A program made the translations under genes and the position numbers. The notes below the pieces were generated by a model. The model searched no databases. It saw only the letters and a program-made list of their open reading frames with translations, and had not been told where the DNA came from. Shown one piece after another: positions 25,684-34,619 of a stretch of 64,000 nt of DNA. Source of the stretch: a virus (lineage: Duplodnaviria > Caudoviricetes); the IMG/VR virus record IMGVR_UViG_3300037467_001267, positions 8,096-72,095 of that record; one strand, written 5' to 3'. The first letter of the stretch is position 1. The number at the start of each line of letters is the position of its first letter.

Positions 25684-26848
25684 TGCAGATCGTATGCGTA
25701 TTTCCGCCATCGAGGAGACCGGCTTTGCCGGGGCCTTGACGAGCACCACCCTCCAGGACTGGCGGTTCACGTCCGAGTCCCTCCACCAGGAGCAGACGAC
25801 GGAGGACTCCAAGGAGATCAAGGACGACCGCCAGGTCAGCGACGTGGTCCGCACCAAGGTGTCGGGCATGGGCGGGCTCGGCCTGGAGCTGAGCTACGGG
25901 GCCCACGACCCCATCCTGAAGGCCCTGCTCCTGTCCACTGCCTGGAGCTCGCCCGTCACCATCGGCCCCATCAGCACGCTCTCCGCCGCTGCCACCGACA
26001 ACAGCTTCAACGACTCCGCGAACGGACTGGCCTCACTGGTCGCCGGCCAGTGGATCAAGGTGTCGGGCTTCGCGACCGCCGCCAACAACGGCTACTTCAA
26101 GATCAAGACCGTCGCCGCGGGCAAGGTCACCGTCACCGGAGGCACGCTCGTCAACGAGACCGCGTCGGCCGGGCGGAAGATCAACATGGGCGGGCAGATC
26201 GTCAACGGCATCACCAAGACGAGCTTCTACATCGAGAAGCAGTTCAGCGACCTGACGAACGTGTTCGCCGGGTACAAGGGCATGATGCCGAACACCGGCG
26301 GGTTCTCGGTCAAGGCCGACCAGATCATCACCGGCAACGTGGACTTCCTCGGCAGCCGCGAAATCTCCCTCGCCAGCTCGCTGGGCTCGGGCTACACGCC
26401 CGCCCCGACCAACGGCGTCATGGCCGGCGTGTCGGACGTCACCGCGGTCTGCATCGCCCCGGCCGCGAGCCTGGTCCAGGCAGTGGACGTCAGCGAGTTC
26501 TCGTTCAACATCAACAACAACCTGCGCGAGCGGCTGCGGGTCGGCACGCTCGGTGCGTTCTCCATCGCGGCCGGCAAATTCAACGCCGACGGCAACGCCA
26601 TCATGTACTTCGCCGACGCGACGCTGATCGACTACTTCCTGAACTTCACCGAGGTGTCGGTGGCGTACGGGATCAACGACGCGGCCAACAACGGCTACCT
26701 GATCGAGTTCCCCGCCGTGAAGTTCTCGCAGGGCCAGCGGGTGGCCGGCGGCGAGAACACCGACGTCATGGCCGACATGAAGTGGCGGGCCAAGAAGTCC
26801 GCGGCGGAGGGGATCACCTGCCGCATCGCCCGCTTCCCGGCGTTCTGA
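25673..26848 (+). CDS. Major tail tube protein with inserted beta domain
   Basis: RFTSESL..SKEIKDDRQV..; GQWIKVSGF..NNGYFKI insertion. Confidence 0.85.
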   Translation: MPSDADRMRISAIEETGFAGALTSTTLQDWRFTSESLHQEQTTEDSKEIKDDRQVSDVVRTKVSGMGGLGLELSYGAHDPILKALLLSTAWSSPVTIGPISTLSAAATDNSFNDSANGLASLVAGQWIKVSGFATAANNGYFKIKTVAAGKVTVTGGTLVNETASAGRKINMGGQIVNGITKTSFYIEKQFSDLTNVFAGYKGMMPNTGGFSVKADQIITGNVDFLGSREISLASSLGSGYTPAPTNGVMAGVSDVTAVCIAPAASLVQAVDVSEFSFNINNNLRERLRVGTLGAFSIAAGKFNADGNAIMYFADATLIDYFLNFTEVSVAYGINDAANNGYLIEFPAVKFSQGQRVAGGENTDVMADMKWRAKKSAAEGITCRIARFPAF

Positions 26849-26862
26849 TACACCTTAGGATC

Positions 26863-26912
26863 GGCGGTGGGTGAGGGTTTTGGTGCTTTTACCTCGCCCA
26901 CCGCCACCTTTT
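26863..26912 (+). terminator. Intrinsic terminator after tube gene
   Basis: GGCGGTGGGTGAGG/CCTCGCCCACCGCC stem then T-tract. Confidence 0.7.
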
Positions 26913-26940
26913 AATTCATAAAGCACCGGGAGATTCTAAG

Positions 26941-27336
26941 GTGAAGATTTCACGCCTCAAGATCGACAAGGACAAGACGGAGAACGGCACCTGGTGCAAG
27001 ACCGGCCTGGACGGGCTGGAGCTACTCATCGCCCGCCAGGGCAACATCAAGTACCGCGACTACATCGCCAAGAACTCGAAAGAGCTCCAGATCCAGGCCC
27101 GCCACAACGCGATCGACGTCAAGGCCGTGGACCAGATCAACAAGGACGCCGCCGCCCGCTACATCCTGCTCGGCTGGCGCAACCTGGAGGACGACAACGG
27201 CCCGATCGCCTACTCGCCCGAGAAGGCACGCGAGCTGTTCGACCTCGCACCCGACCTGTACGAGATCACGATGTCCTTCGCGCAGGACATGAACCAGTTC
27301 CTCGCCGACGCGGCGGAGGACTCCAAGGGAAACTGA
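26941..27336 (+). CDS. Tail assembly chaperone (gpG-like)
   Basis: Between tube and TMP; ends in slippery site. Confidence 0.8.
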   Translation: MKISRLKIDKDKTENGTWCKTGLDGLELLIARQGNIKYRDYIAKNSKELQIQARHNAIDVKAVDQINKDAAARYILLGWRNLEDDNGPIAYSPEKARELFDLAPDLYEITMSFAQDMNQFLADAAEDSKGN

Positions 27337-27683
27337 CTCGCTGCCTGAGGTGGCAGCTGGAATGGGCCCCGCACCTGAAGGTGTTGGAGCATCGCCGCAA
27401 GCGAGGCCACTTCGTACAGGCCCTGGCCGAACGGCCGGTGGTGTACGATGATTTGGCCTTCGTGTGGAAGGCGTTCTTCGACCTGAGTCGCACGCGTCCC
27501 GTAGGGTTCGGCCCGTCGCCCCTGTCCACGTCCGACATCCTGGCCTGGATGCAGATCTACCAGCTCCCGCCCGCCCAGCGGGCGGAGTTCTACGAGCTGC
27601 TGACGGCCATGGACGAGGAGTGGATGAAGTGGGCCGACGCGGAGAGCAAGAGGAAACATGGCAACTCTAAAGCTGCTGATTGA
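27327..27683 (+). CDS. Tail assembly chaperone gpGT extension via programmed -1 frameshift
   Basis: G GGA AAC heptamer at 27327-27333 just before TGA; -1 frame continues KLTRCLRWQLEW..WKAFFDLSRTR. Confidence 0.8.
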   Translation, partial: GKLTRCLRWQLEWAPHLKVLEHRRKRGHFVQALAERPVVYDDLAFVWKAFFDLSRTRPVGFGPSPLSTSDILAWMQIYQLPPAQRAEFYELLTAMDEEWMKWADAESKRKHGNSKAAD

Positions 27684-30438
27684 CGCGAGCGGTGCTCAGC
27701 GAGGGGCGGTGGACTTCCGCAACGCGACGATCACCATCAACAACGCGGCTGCGGGCGTGTCAAAGAACCTCCACGGCGTGGCGGATGCCGGCAGTCACTT
27801 CGGGCAGACCCTGAGTCATGTCCTGGCGGCTGCCGGCATCACGCTCGGCGTGCACAAGGTCGTCCACGACCTGCTGGAGTTCGAAACCGGCCTGGTCCGC
27901 GTCGGCAAGGCGACTGGCATCCACGGCCAGGAGCTGGACGCGTTCGGGGACGACATCGTCAAGATGTCCACCCATGTCCCGATCGCCACCCACGAGCTGC
28001 TGGAGCTCGGGTTCGCGGCCGGACAGCTCGGCGTCCACGGCAAAGAGAACATCATGGCCTTCACCGAGGCGGTCGCATTCCTCGGCACGACAGGCAACCT
28101 CGCTGGTGAGGAGGCGGCGCAGTCCCTCGCCCGCATTCTGAACGTCACCCGGGAGTCCTTTGGGCAAGTCAAGAACCTCGCGAGCACGATCGTCCAAGTC
28201 GCCCATGGCGATGCTACGACCAAGGGAACGGCGGCAACAGAGGCTCAAATCGCCCGCACGTCAGTCAAGGTGGCCCAAGCCGCCGCCCCGTTCAACGTGA
28301 AGTCCGCCGACGTGGTCGCCCTGGCCGCGAGCTACGCGAGCGTGGGCGTGGAGGCCCAGGTCGCCGCGACGACGACGGGCAAGCTCCTGCGGGCCTTCGA
28401 CGAGGCGACCCGCGTGGGCGACACGTTCGGCTCCCATCTGGGCGAAATCGCCCGGGTGTCGGGGATGACGTCGAAAGAGTTCCAGAACCTCTACAAGAAC
28501 GACCCGTCCACCGCGTTCGCCAAGTTCGTCCAGGGCCTCGGCAAGATCCAGGCGGCGGGCGGCAGTGCGACGGAGGTCATGCAGGATCTGAACCTGGCCG
28601 ACGAGCGGCTGCTCAAGGCGATCCTGCCTCTGGCGAAGGGCAGCGAGGATCTGGTCAACCGGCTCGCCCTCGCCCGCAAAGAGTTCAGCGACCCGAAGCG
28701 GCTCGACATCGAGGCCGGGAAGCAGTTCGTCACCCTCGCCTCGCAGCTCAAGATGCTGGGCAACACGTTCGAAGCATTCTTCCTGGTACAGCGAGGGAAG
28801 GCGGACGGGCTGCGGCAGTTCGTCCAGACCCTCAACGAGGCCCTCCAAGTCATGCTGGGCTTCCGCCAGGTCACCGACCAGACCAGCCCGGCGGTGAAGA
28901 TTCTCGTCTCGCTGGTGAAGGACTTCGTGGCCGTGCTGGGCGTCTGGGCCGCGATCAAGGTCGTGGGGATGCTCAACGACATGCGGCTGCAGGTGCTCGG
29001 GTTCGCGGAGGGCATCGGCAAGGCGACCATCCTGACCAACCCACTCCTCTCCGCCGTGCTGGCGGTGGGCGTGGCCCTGTCCGCCTGGACGGTCGGCACG
29101 ACCCTCATCGAGCAATTCCAGTCCGTCGCCGAGCTGGTCGAGAACCTCAGCTACAGCATCGCCAAGCTCCAACTGAGCGGCGGGAAGAGCATCACCGGAA
29201 CCCTGGCGAACTTCCTGCCCGCCGGCACCACCGCCGTCGCCGGACTCGCGGAGCGGTACTCGACGCAGACCCCGCAGGAGATTTCCAACCTCAAGCAGCT
29301 CGACGAAATGCACGACAAGAGCATGAAGTCGATCCGCGACACGTTCGCCCAGAACGGCGGCAGCTCCACCGGCAACTCCTTCGGCAAGGACTTCGTCAAG
29401 AACTTCCTGGGTGCGACCGACCAGATGCGGGACGCCCTGAAGGGTGTGTTCGGCACCGAGGCGGTCGCCGCCGAAATGGCTAAGATCCGCAAGGGTCTGG
29501 AGGACGCCGGCCATGCCGCCAAGGAGGGCGGGGAGCAGGGCACCGAAGCCTACGACGCCATGCACGAGGCCCTGCGTAAGAACATCGAGCAGCTGGAGTT
29601 CGAAGGTAAGTACCTGAAGCTCAACAACCTGGACCGTCAGGTCGCCTCGACGCTCGACAAGCTCCGTGCGGAGATCGGGGACGAGATCAACGACAAGGAC
29701 GAAGAGGCACTCCATATCCTGGCCGAGCGCATCAAGCTCAACGCCCGGCTGAATGCCGAGCACGAGATCGACCAGGAGATCGACCGGATGCGGGAGGAGC
29801 TGGAGCTGGGCCAACTCGGCAACGACCAGCGACAGGAGGAGATCCTGTACCGCCAGGTCGTCAACAAGTACATCGAGCAGGGCATCGACCTGACGGAGGA
29901 CTACAAGAACAAGACCCGCGACTTCATCCACGAGTACGTTAAGGTCAAAGACGCCCAGGATCGCTTCCAGAACTTCGCCAACAACGTCGGCGACGCTTTC
30001 GGACGTGCCTTCGAGAACGCTGCCATCCAGGGCAAGAGCTTCAAAGAGACGATGCTCGGCCTCATCCAGGACGTGGAGCAGGCCCTCATCCACGAGCTGG
30101 TCACCACGCAGATCGTCAAGGCGGTCAGCGGGGCGGTGTCGGGCAGCGGGCTCCTCGCTGGTCTGTTCGGGGCCCAGCCGACGGCCCACGCCACGGGCGG
30201 CTGGGTCACCTCCCCGACGTTCTTCAACGCGGGCGGCACCACTCACGTCGCTGGCGAGGCGGGGCCTGAGAAAATCTCCACCGCCCGGGAGTACTGGGGT
30301 CTGGTCTCCGCCGCCCAACGCGGCGGGGAGTCGCCGAAGATCACGAACGTCAACATGACGGTCGTGACGCAAAACGCCGACAGCTTCATGAAGAGCAAGC
30401 GGCAGATCACTGCCGAGATGAAGAGAGGAATCAAGTAA
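27658..30438 (+). CDS. Tape measure protein (TP901-like core)
   Basis: 926 aa helical; FETGLVRVGK..; C-terminal HATGG..AGEAGPE. Confidence 0.9.
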   Translation: MATLKLLIDASGAQRGAVDFRNATITINNAAAGVSKNLHGVADAGSHFGQTLSHVLAAAGITLGVHKVVHDLLEFETGLVRVGKATGIHGQELDAFGDDIVKMSTHVPIATHELLELGFAAGQLGVHGKENIMAFTEAVAFLGTTGNLAGEEAAQSLARILNVTRESFGQVKNLASTIVQVAHGDATTKGTAATEAQIARTSVKVAQAAAPFNVKSADVVALAASYASVGVEAQVAATTTGKLLRAFDEATRVGDTFGSHLGEIARVSGMTSKEFQNLYKNDPSTAFAKFVQGLGKIQAAGGSATEVMQDLNLADERLLKAILPLAKGSEDLVNRLALARKEFSDPKRLDIEAGKQFVTLASQLKMLGNTFEAFFLVQRGKADGLRQFVQTLNEALQVMLGFRQVTDQTSPAVKILVSLVKDFVAVLGVWAAIKVVGMLNDMRLQVLGFAEGIGKATILTNPLLSAVLAVGVALSAWTVGTTLIEQFQSVAELVENLSYSIAKLQLSGGKSITGTLANFLPAGTTAVAGLAERYSTQTPQEISNLKQLDEMHDKSMKSIRDTFAQNGGSSTGNSFGKDFVKNFLGATDQMRDALKGVFGTEAVAAEMAKIRKGLEDAGHAAKEGGEQGTEAYDAMHEALRKNIEQLEFEGKYLKLNNLDRQVASTLDKLRAEIGDEINDKDEEALHILAERIKLNARLNAEHEIDQEIDRMREELELGQLGNDQRQEEILYRQVVNKYIEQGIDLTEDYKNKTRDFIHEYVKVKDAQDRFQNFANNVGDAFGRAFENAAIQGKSFKETMLGLIQDVEQALIHELVTTQIVKAVSGAVSGSGLLAGLFGAQPTAHATGGWVTSPTFFNAGGTTHVAGEAGPEKISTAREYWGLVSAAQRGGESPKITNVNMTVVTQNADSFMKSKRQITAEMKRGIK

Positions 30439-30439
30439 C

Positions 30440-31417
30440 ATGGGCTTCCATGAAGTGGTCTTTCCCGAAGACATCAGCTACGGCTCCAGCGGCGGGCCGG
30501 GCTTCAAGACCTCCATCATCACGGTCAACTCCGGTGCCGAGGAGCGGGTGGCGCACTGGTCGCAGGCCCGCCGCAAATTCGACGTGGCCGAAGCTATCAA
30601 GAGCTACGTGGAGCTGTCCCAGCTCATCCAGTTCTACAAGGCACGACTCGGCTGTGCGAACGGGTTCCTGTTCAAGGACTGGAGCGACTACGCCACCACG
30701 AGCGACGGGATTCTACACGCGGAGTTCCCGACCGTCATCTCCCATACCGACCAGGTCATCGGGGTGGGCGACGGGACCAGAACGCAATTCCAGCTCACCA
30801 AGACGTACGCCGACATCGGCGGCTCCCATACCCGCACGATCACCCGCCCCAAGAGCGGCACCGTCCTGGTCGGCGTGGACGGGGCGAACCTGGCGACGGG
30901 CTGGACGCTGAACTACTCGACGGGCGTGCTCAACCTCGCCACCGCCCCCGCGGCGGGGAAGGTCGTGACCTGGGGCGGACAGTTCTACGTGCCGGTGCGG
31001 TTCGGGGACGAGCTGGACGGGCAGCTCCCCATTTCGCTCGACGACTACAACAACGGCAGCGTCCGCATCCCGCTAATCGAGCTCCAGGACGAGGTGGAGT
31101 CCAGCGACGACTTCTTCATGGGCGGTGCCGTAGAGGTCGAGCTCCAGGCCAACTACAACCTCGACTCCCTCCACCGCGTGTTCGTCTTCAAGGCGACGAG
31201 CGCAGGCCACTCGGTGTTCCTGCCGAACCATGCCGCGTCGGCCGGTCTCCAGCCCGGTGGCCCGTTCTGCTACGTCATCAACGACGCCACGTCGCCCAAC
31301 AACTTCTCGCTGAAGGACTACGACGGCAACCTCATCACCACGGTCAACGCGGGTGCCGGCGTGACGATGCTTCTCTCGATCGACGCCGTGGGGACGAGGG
31401 TGTGGTATGCTAAGTAG
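30440..31417 (+). CDS. Distal tail protein, DUF2460 (GTA-type), with C-terminal extra domain
   Basis: MGFHEVVFPEDISYGSSGGP..GDG..FQL..VPVRF. Confidence 0.85.
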   Translation: MGFHEVVFPEDISYGSSGGPGFKTSIITVNSGAEERVAHWSQARRKFDVAEAIKSYVELSQLIQFYKARLGCANGFLFKDWSDYATTSDGILHAEFPTVISHTDQVIGVGDGTRTQFQLTKTYADIGGSHTRTITRPKSGTVLVGVDGANLATGWTLNYSTGVLNLATAPAAGKVVTWGGQFYVPVRFGDELDGQLPISLDDYNNGSVRIPLIELQDEVESSDDFFMGGAVEVELQANYNLDSLHRVFVFKATSAGHSVFLPNHAASAGLQPGGPFCYVINDATSPNNFSLKDYDGNLITTVNAGAGVTMLLSIDAVGTRVWYAK

Positions 31418-32528
31418 AGACAAGTTCTACGGCGGAGCCTACGGAATCCCCAGCGGGTCACCCACACTCCGCAAGGGGGCACCCCGCGTCATCGACATTT
31501 CCGCGGTCGAGAACGGCACCAACGCCGCGAGCGTGACCCTGCCCAACAAGTCCCTCTACCAGCCGGGCGGGCCAGCATTCTTCTTCGTCAACAACGGCCC
31601 GCGGACGATCGGGCTGAAGGACGGCAGCAGTACGTTCTGGAACGTGCCCCCGGGGAACACCGCGACGGTCGTGCTCGGCACGACCCGCTGGTGGGCGTTC
31701 ATGGACGTCACCGGCACGGCCAAGCCCGTCGCGACCAACGGCAACGTCGTCCGGACGGTGCCCGTGGGGTACGTGGTGCCGCCGACGACGGTGACTCAGC
31801 CCACCGCTTACGACCCGATCCTGTGTGACGGCGGATACCGCCGTGCGAGGCTCTGCGGGCCGGACGGCGGGGCGTACGTCAACATCTGGATGCTCGACGC
31901 CGACGTGGACCCGCATTTCGTGGACGGCGTGGCCATCTTCAAGTACCAGGACGTTTGCTACTACTTCAAGCAGAGCGACCGCCTCCAGGTCAACCACGGC
32001 TTCACGCTCGCCGGGAGCGACGTGACCTGGTTCGCGACCTGCGATCTGTGTACCACGGACGGCGGTGGACCGCCGCCAGACCCGCCCGTGCCCTGTACGC
32101 TGCCGACGGGCCTGTCTACCGCATACACGGTGGACTTCCATCACAAGCTGTACCTGAGCGGAGTGTGCCCGCCGGATTGCGAATCCGACCTGTCCGAGAC
32201 ACTGACCCAGGTCTCGCCGGGCGTCTGGCGATGCACCAGCTACTCGACATGTCTCGGGCAAACCATGCCGTACTCCGGCAGCGTCGCCATCGAGATGACC
32301 TGGGTCAACCCGGGCGACGGCTCGCCATGTTACTGGGAGTTGTTCTTCACCGACGGGGTGGCGGCATGCCGGTCGGTGTTCCGGAAGTTCACCGGGCTGA
32401 CCCCGATCGGGGGCGACTGGTCCCAAGTCGATCCGTTCCCCCTATGGGTGTGCCCGGGCGACGGCCTTACCCATAACGTTTGTATCGGGGCAGACAACGA
32501 CTCGATTACTTCACCGGTGGTGGGATGA
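31407..32528 (+). CDS. Cys-rich tail-associated protein
   Basis: N-terminal domain paralogous to the DUF2460 C-terminal extension; Cys- and Pro-rich remainder. Confidence 0.6.
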   Translation: MLSRDKFYGGAYGIPSGSPTLRKGAPRVIDISAVENGTNAASVTLPNKSLYQPGGPAFFFVNNGPRTIGLKDGSSTFWNVPPGNTATVVLGTTRWWAFMDVTGTAKPVATNGNVVRTVPVGYVVPPTTVTQPTAYDPILCDGGYRRARLCGPDGGAYVNIWMLDADVDPHFVDGVAIFKYQDVCYYFKQSDRLQVNHGFTLAGSDVTWFATCDLCTTDGGGPPPDPPVPCTLPTGLSTAYTVDFHHKLYLSGVCPPDCESDLSETLTQVSPGVWRCTSYSTCLGQTMPYSGSVAIEMTWVNPGDGSPCYWELFFTDGVAACRSVFRKFTGLTPIGGDWSQVDPFPLWVCPGDGLTHNVCIGADNDSITSPVVG

Positions 32529-32917
32529 GGAAGAAACCGCTATTTACTCTGCCCCAGGTGGGGTGCGAGCACTGGTCGGCGGACGGGCTGAGCGGCGTGT
32601 GCGCCATTGGCAAGTTCGGCGGCAGGCCGTCCCCCTCGATCTGCGAGCGATGCCCGGACTACTCTGGTCCGGAGGAGCGAGTCACCGGCAGGCCCGTCGC
32701 CCAGGGGCCACAGCCCGTCGATGCCTTGCTCTCGCCGCAGCGGCTCGCCCAGATCGACTCCTACAAAGAGGCATGCCGGGCATGCGAAAACTGGCTCGGC
32801 AGCTTCGACACGGTTAAGGGCACCACACTGGAGGGCTACACGAAGTGCGGCCGGTGTAACTGCGTGTCCAAACGCGTGAGTCTCTTCTCGGGTTACTGCC
32901 CGGTGGACAACTGGTAA
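32525..32917 (+). CDS. Small Cys-rich protein (possible metal-binding fibre chaperone)
   Basis: CEHW..VC..CERC..CRAC..CGRCNC..CP. Confidence 0.6.
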   Translation: MRKKPLFTLPQVGCEHWSADGLSGVCAIGKFGGRPSPSICERCPDYSGPEERVTGRPVAQGPQPVDALLSPQRLAQIDSYKEACRACENWLGSFDTVKGTTLEGYTKCGRCNCVSKRVSLFSGYCPVDNW

Positions 32918-33771
32918 TGCTGATACTCTCACCAGCTCTCGAATCGCTGAGGCTCCAGCGGACTCACCGCTTCGCGATCCTCTGGCGCATCACCCGGGTG
33001 GACGGGCAGGTCTTGCGGTTCACCTCGCACGACCGGCCGATCACATACGCAGGCTCGCTGTGGACGCCTGCCGGCGGGTTCTCGTCCTCCGCCCAGCAAC
33101 GCCAGGACGGCTTCAAGGATCGCAACTGGGAGGCGACCGGCATCATCTCCAGCGACGCCATCAAATTCGACGACCTGCGTGCCGGCAAGTACCGCCAGGC
33201 CAAGGTCGAGTGCATCAAGATCGACTGGCGGTATCCCTGGGCAGACCCGTTCGAAATCTCGACGTTTTGGATCGTCAACACCCAGTACACCGGCGTGCTT
33301 TGGGAGGCCCAGATCGAGGGCCTGACCCATAAGCTCAAAATGTCGATCGGGCGGGTGTTCGGAAGGACGTGTGACGTCCATGCGTTCGGGGACTCCCGCT
33401 GCGGGATGAATGAGGCGGACTTCACGTTCTCGGGGAGCGTGACCGCGGTCAACGTAGCACGGCGGGATTTCCAAACGACCGTCAGCCAAACCACGAACTA
33501 CTTCAAGCGTGGCTACGTGAAGTGGACGAGCGGCGACAACACCGGCCTGACGATGGAGGTCAACAAGAGCTTCGGCACCGCGGGCCGCATCGTCCTATGG
33601 CTGCCGATGCCGTACAACGTGGCCGTCGGCGACACCTTCAACATCGTCGCCGGATGCGACCGGCTGTACTCGACGTGCATCAACAAGTTCGACAACGTCG
33701 TCAACTTTCGGGGGTTCCCATGGATTCCAGGGACGGACGCGGTTCTGCGCACGCCGGACGCGAAGACGTAA
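32917..33771 (+). CDS. Baseplate hub protein, DUF2163/BR0599 (GTA-type)
   Basis: WRITRVDG..FTSHDRP; GDTFNIVAGCD..CINKFDNVVNFRGFPWIP. Confidence 0.9.
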   Translation: MLILSPALESLRLQRTHRFAILWRITRVDGQVLRFTSHDRPITYAGSLWTPAGGFSSSAQQRQDGFKDRNWEATGIISSDAIKFDDLRAGKYRQAKVECIKIDWRYPWADPFEISTFWIVNTQYTGVLWEAQIEGLTHKLKMSIGRVFGRTCDVHAFGDSRCGMNEADFTFSGSVTAVNVARRDFQTTVSQTTNYFKRGYVKWTSGDNTGLTMEVNKSFGTAGRIVLWLPMPYNVAVGDTFNIVAGCDRLYSTCINKFDNVVNFRGFPWIPGTDAVLRTPDAKT

Positions 33772-33781
33772 GGAGCATGGT

Positions 33782-34186
33782 ATGCCTTGGAAATGTTTCG
33801 CCATCAAAGCGATACGCATGACCGACTGGGAGTCCACACCCCATGGCGGGCAGTGTCGGCGGATGATGTTCACCCTGCCTGACGGGCGGGAAGTAGGATT
33901 TGACGAGTTGCCTCCCGGGGCTATGTGGCACTCCAACGACCAACCACGAGGCAGTTACCTCGCTGGGGCGGATAGCATCCAGGTCAAGTTGCCCGGCCCA
34001 ACGATCTGGTCGATGAACCGCCCGGGGACGAACGGGTGTAAGTGGGACGTGTCGGGAGAGATCCCGAACGTCACCGCCTCTCCCAGCATCAACTTCGTGG
34101 GCCTCTACCACGGTTGGGTTCAAAATGGTGTCGTATCGGACGACGTGGAAGGCCGCAAATTCGATGAGATGGGACGCCGTGCCTAA
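33782..34186 (+). CDS. Second DUF6527-like protein
   Basis: KWDVSGEIPNVTASPSI..YHGWVQNG. Confidence 0.65.
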   Translation: MPWKCFAIKAIRMTDWESTPHGGQCRRMMFTLPDGREVGFDELPPGAMWHSNDQPRGSYLAGADSIQVKLPGPTIWSMNRPGTNGCKWDVSGEIPNVTASPSINFVGLYHGWVQNGVVSDDVEGRKFDEMGRRA

Positions 34187-34619
34187 GCGACAAGACATTA
34201 TCGACTTCGCCCGCTCGCTGGTAGGCACCAGGTTCAAGCATCAGGGCCGGTTGCCCGGGGCCGGGTTGGACTGCATCGGCGTCGTGGCCGTCACCGCCCA
34301 GCACTTCGGGCTGACGTACCACGACATGACGGGCTACTCCAACCGGCCGGACGGGGTGACGCTATTGCGGGAGTTCGACAAGGCCCTGGTCCGCATCGGC
34401 CCGGCGGACGTACAATGCGGCGACGTGCTGACGTTCTGGTGTGAGGCCCCGGGCAAAGTCCAACATGCCGCGATCGCGACCGACCGCGGCATGATCCACT
34501 CGACCGTCGAGTACCGGCGGGTGGTCGAGCATCGCCTGGACGACTACTGGCGCAAACGGCTCGCTGTGTGCTATCGGTTCCCGGGCGACCTAGACACGAT
34601 GAGGTTCTCATGGCGGTAG
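34179..34619 (+). CDS. NlpC/P60 tail-associated peptidase
   Basis: GTRFKHQGR..GLDCIG..QHAAI..MIH. Confidence 0.9.
   Translation: MPKRQDIIDFARSLVGTRFKHQGRLPGAGLDCIGVVAVTAQHFGLTYHDMTGYSNRPDGVTLLREFDKALVRIGPADVQCGDVLTFWCEAPGKVQHAAIATDRGMIHSTVEYRRVVEHRLDDYWRKRLAVCYRFPGDLDTMRFSWR

Noticed and set aside
28261-30474. Long minus-strand ORFs (737 aa here; also 5610-7046, 11724-13097, 18343-20001, 50381-51958, 53148-54476 and others)
   Set aside because: They are antisense shadows of clear + strand genes. High GC3 codon bias suppresses stops on the opposite strand, and the translations have no motifs or RBS.
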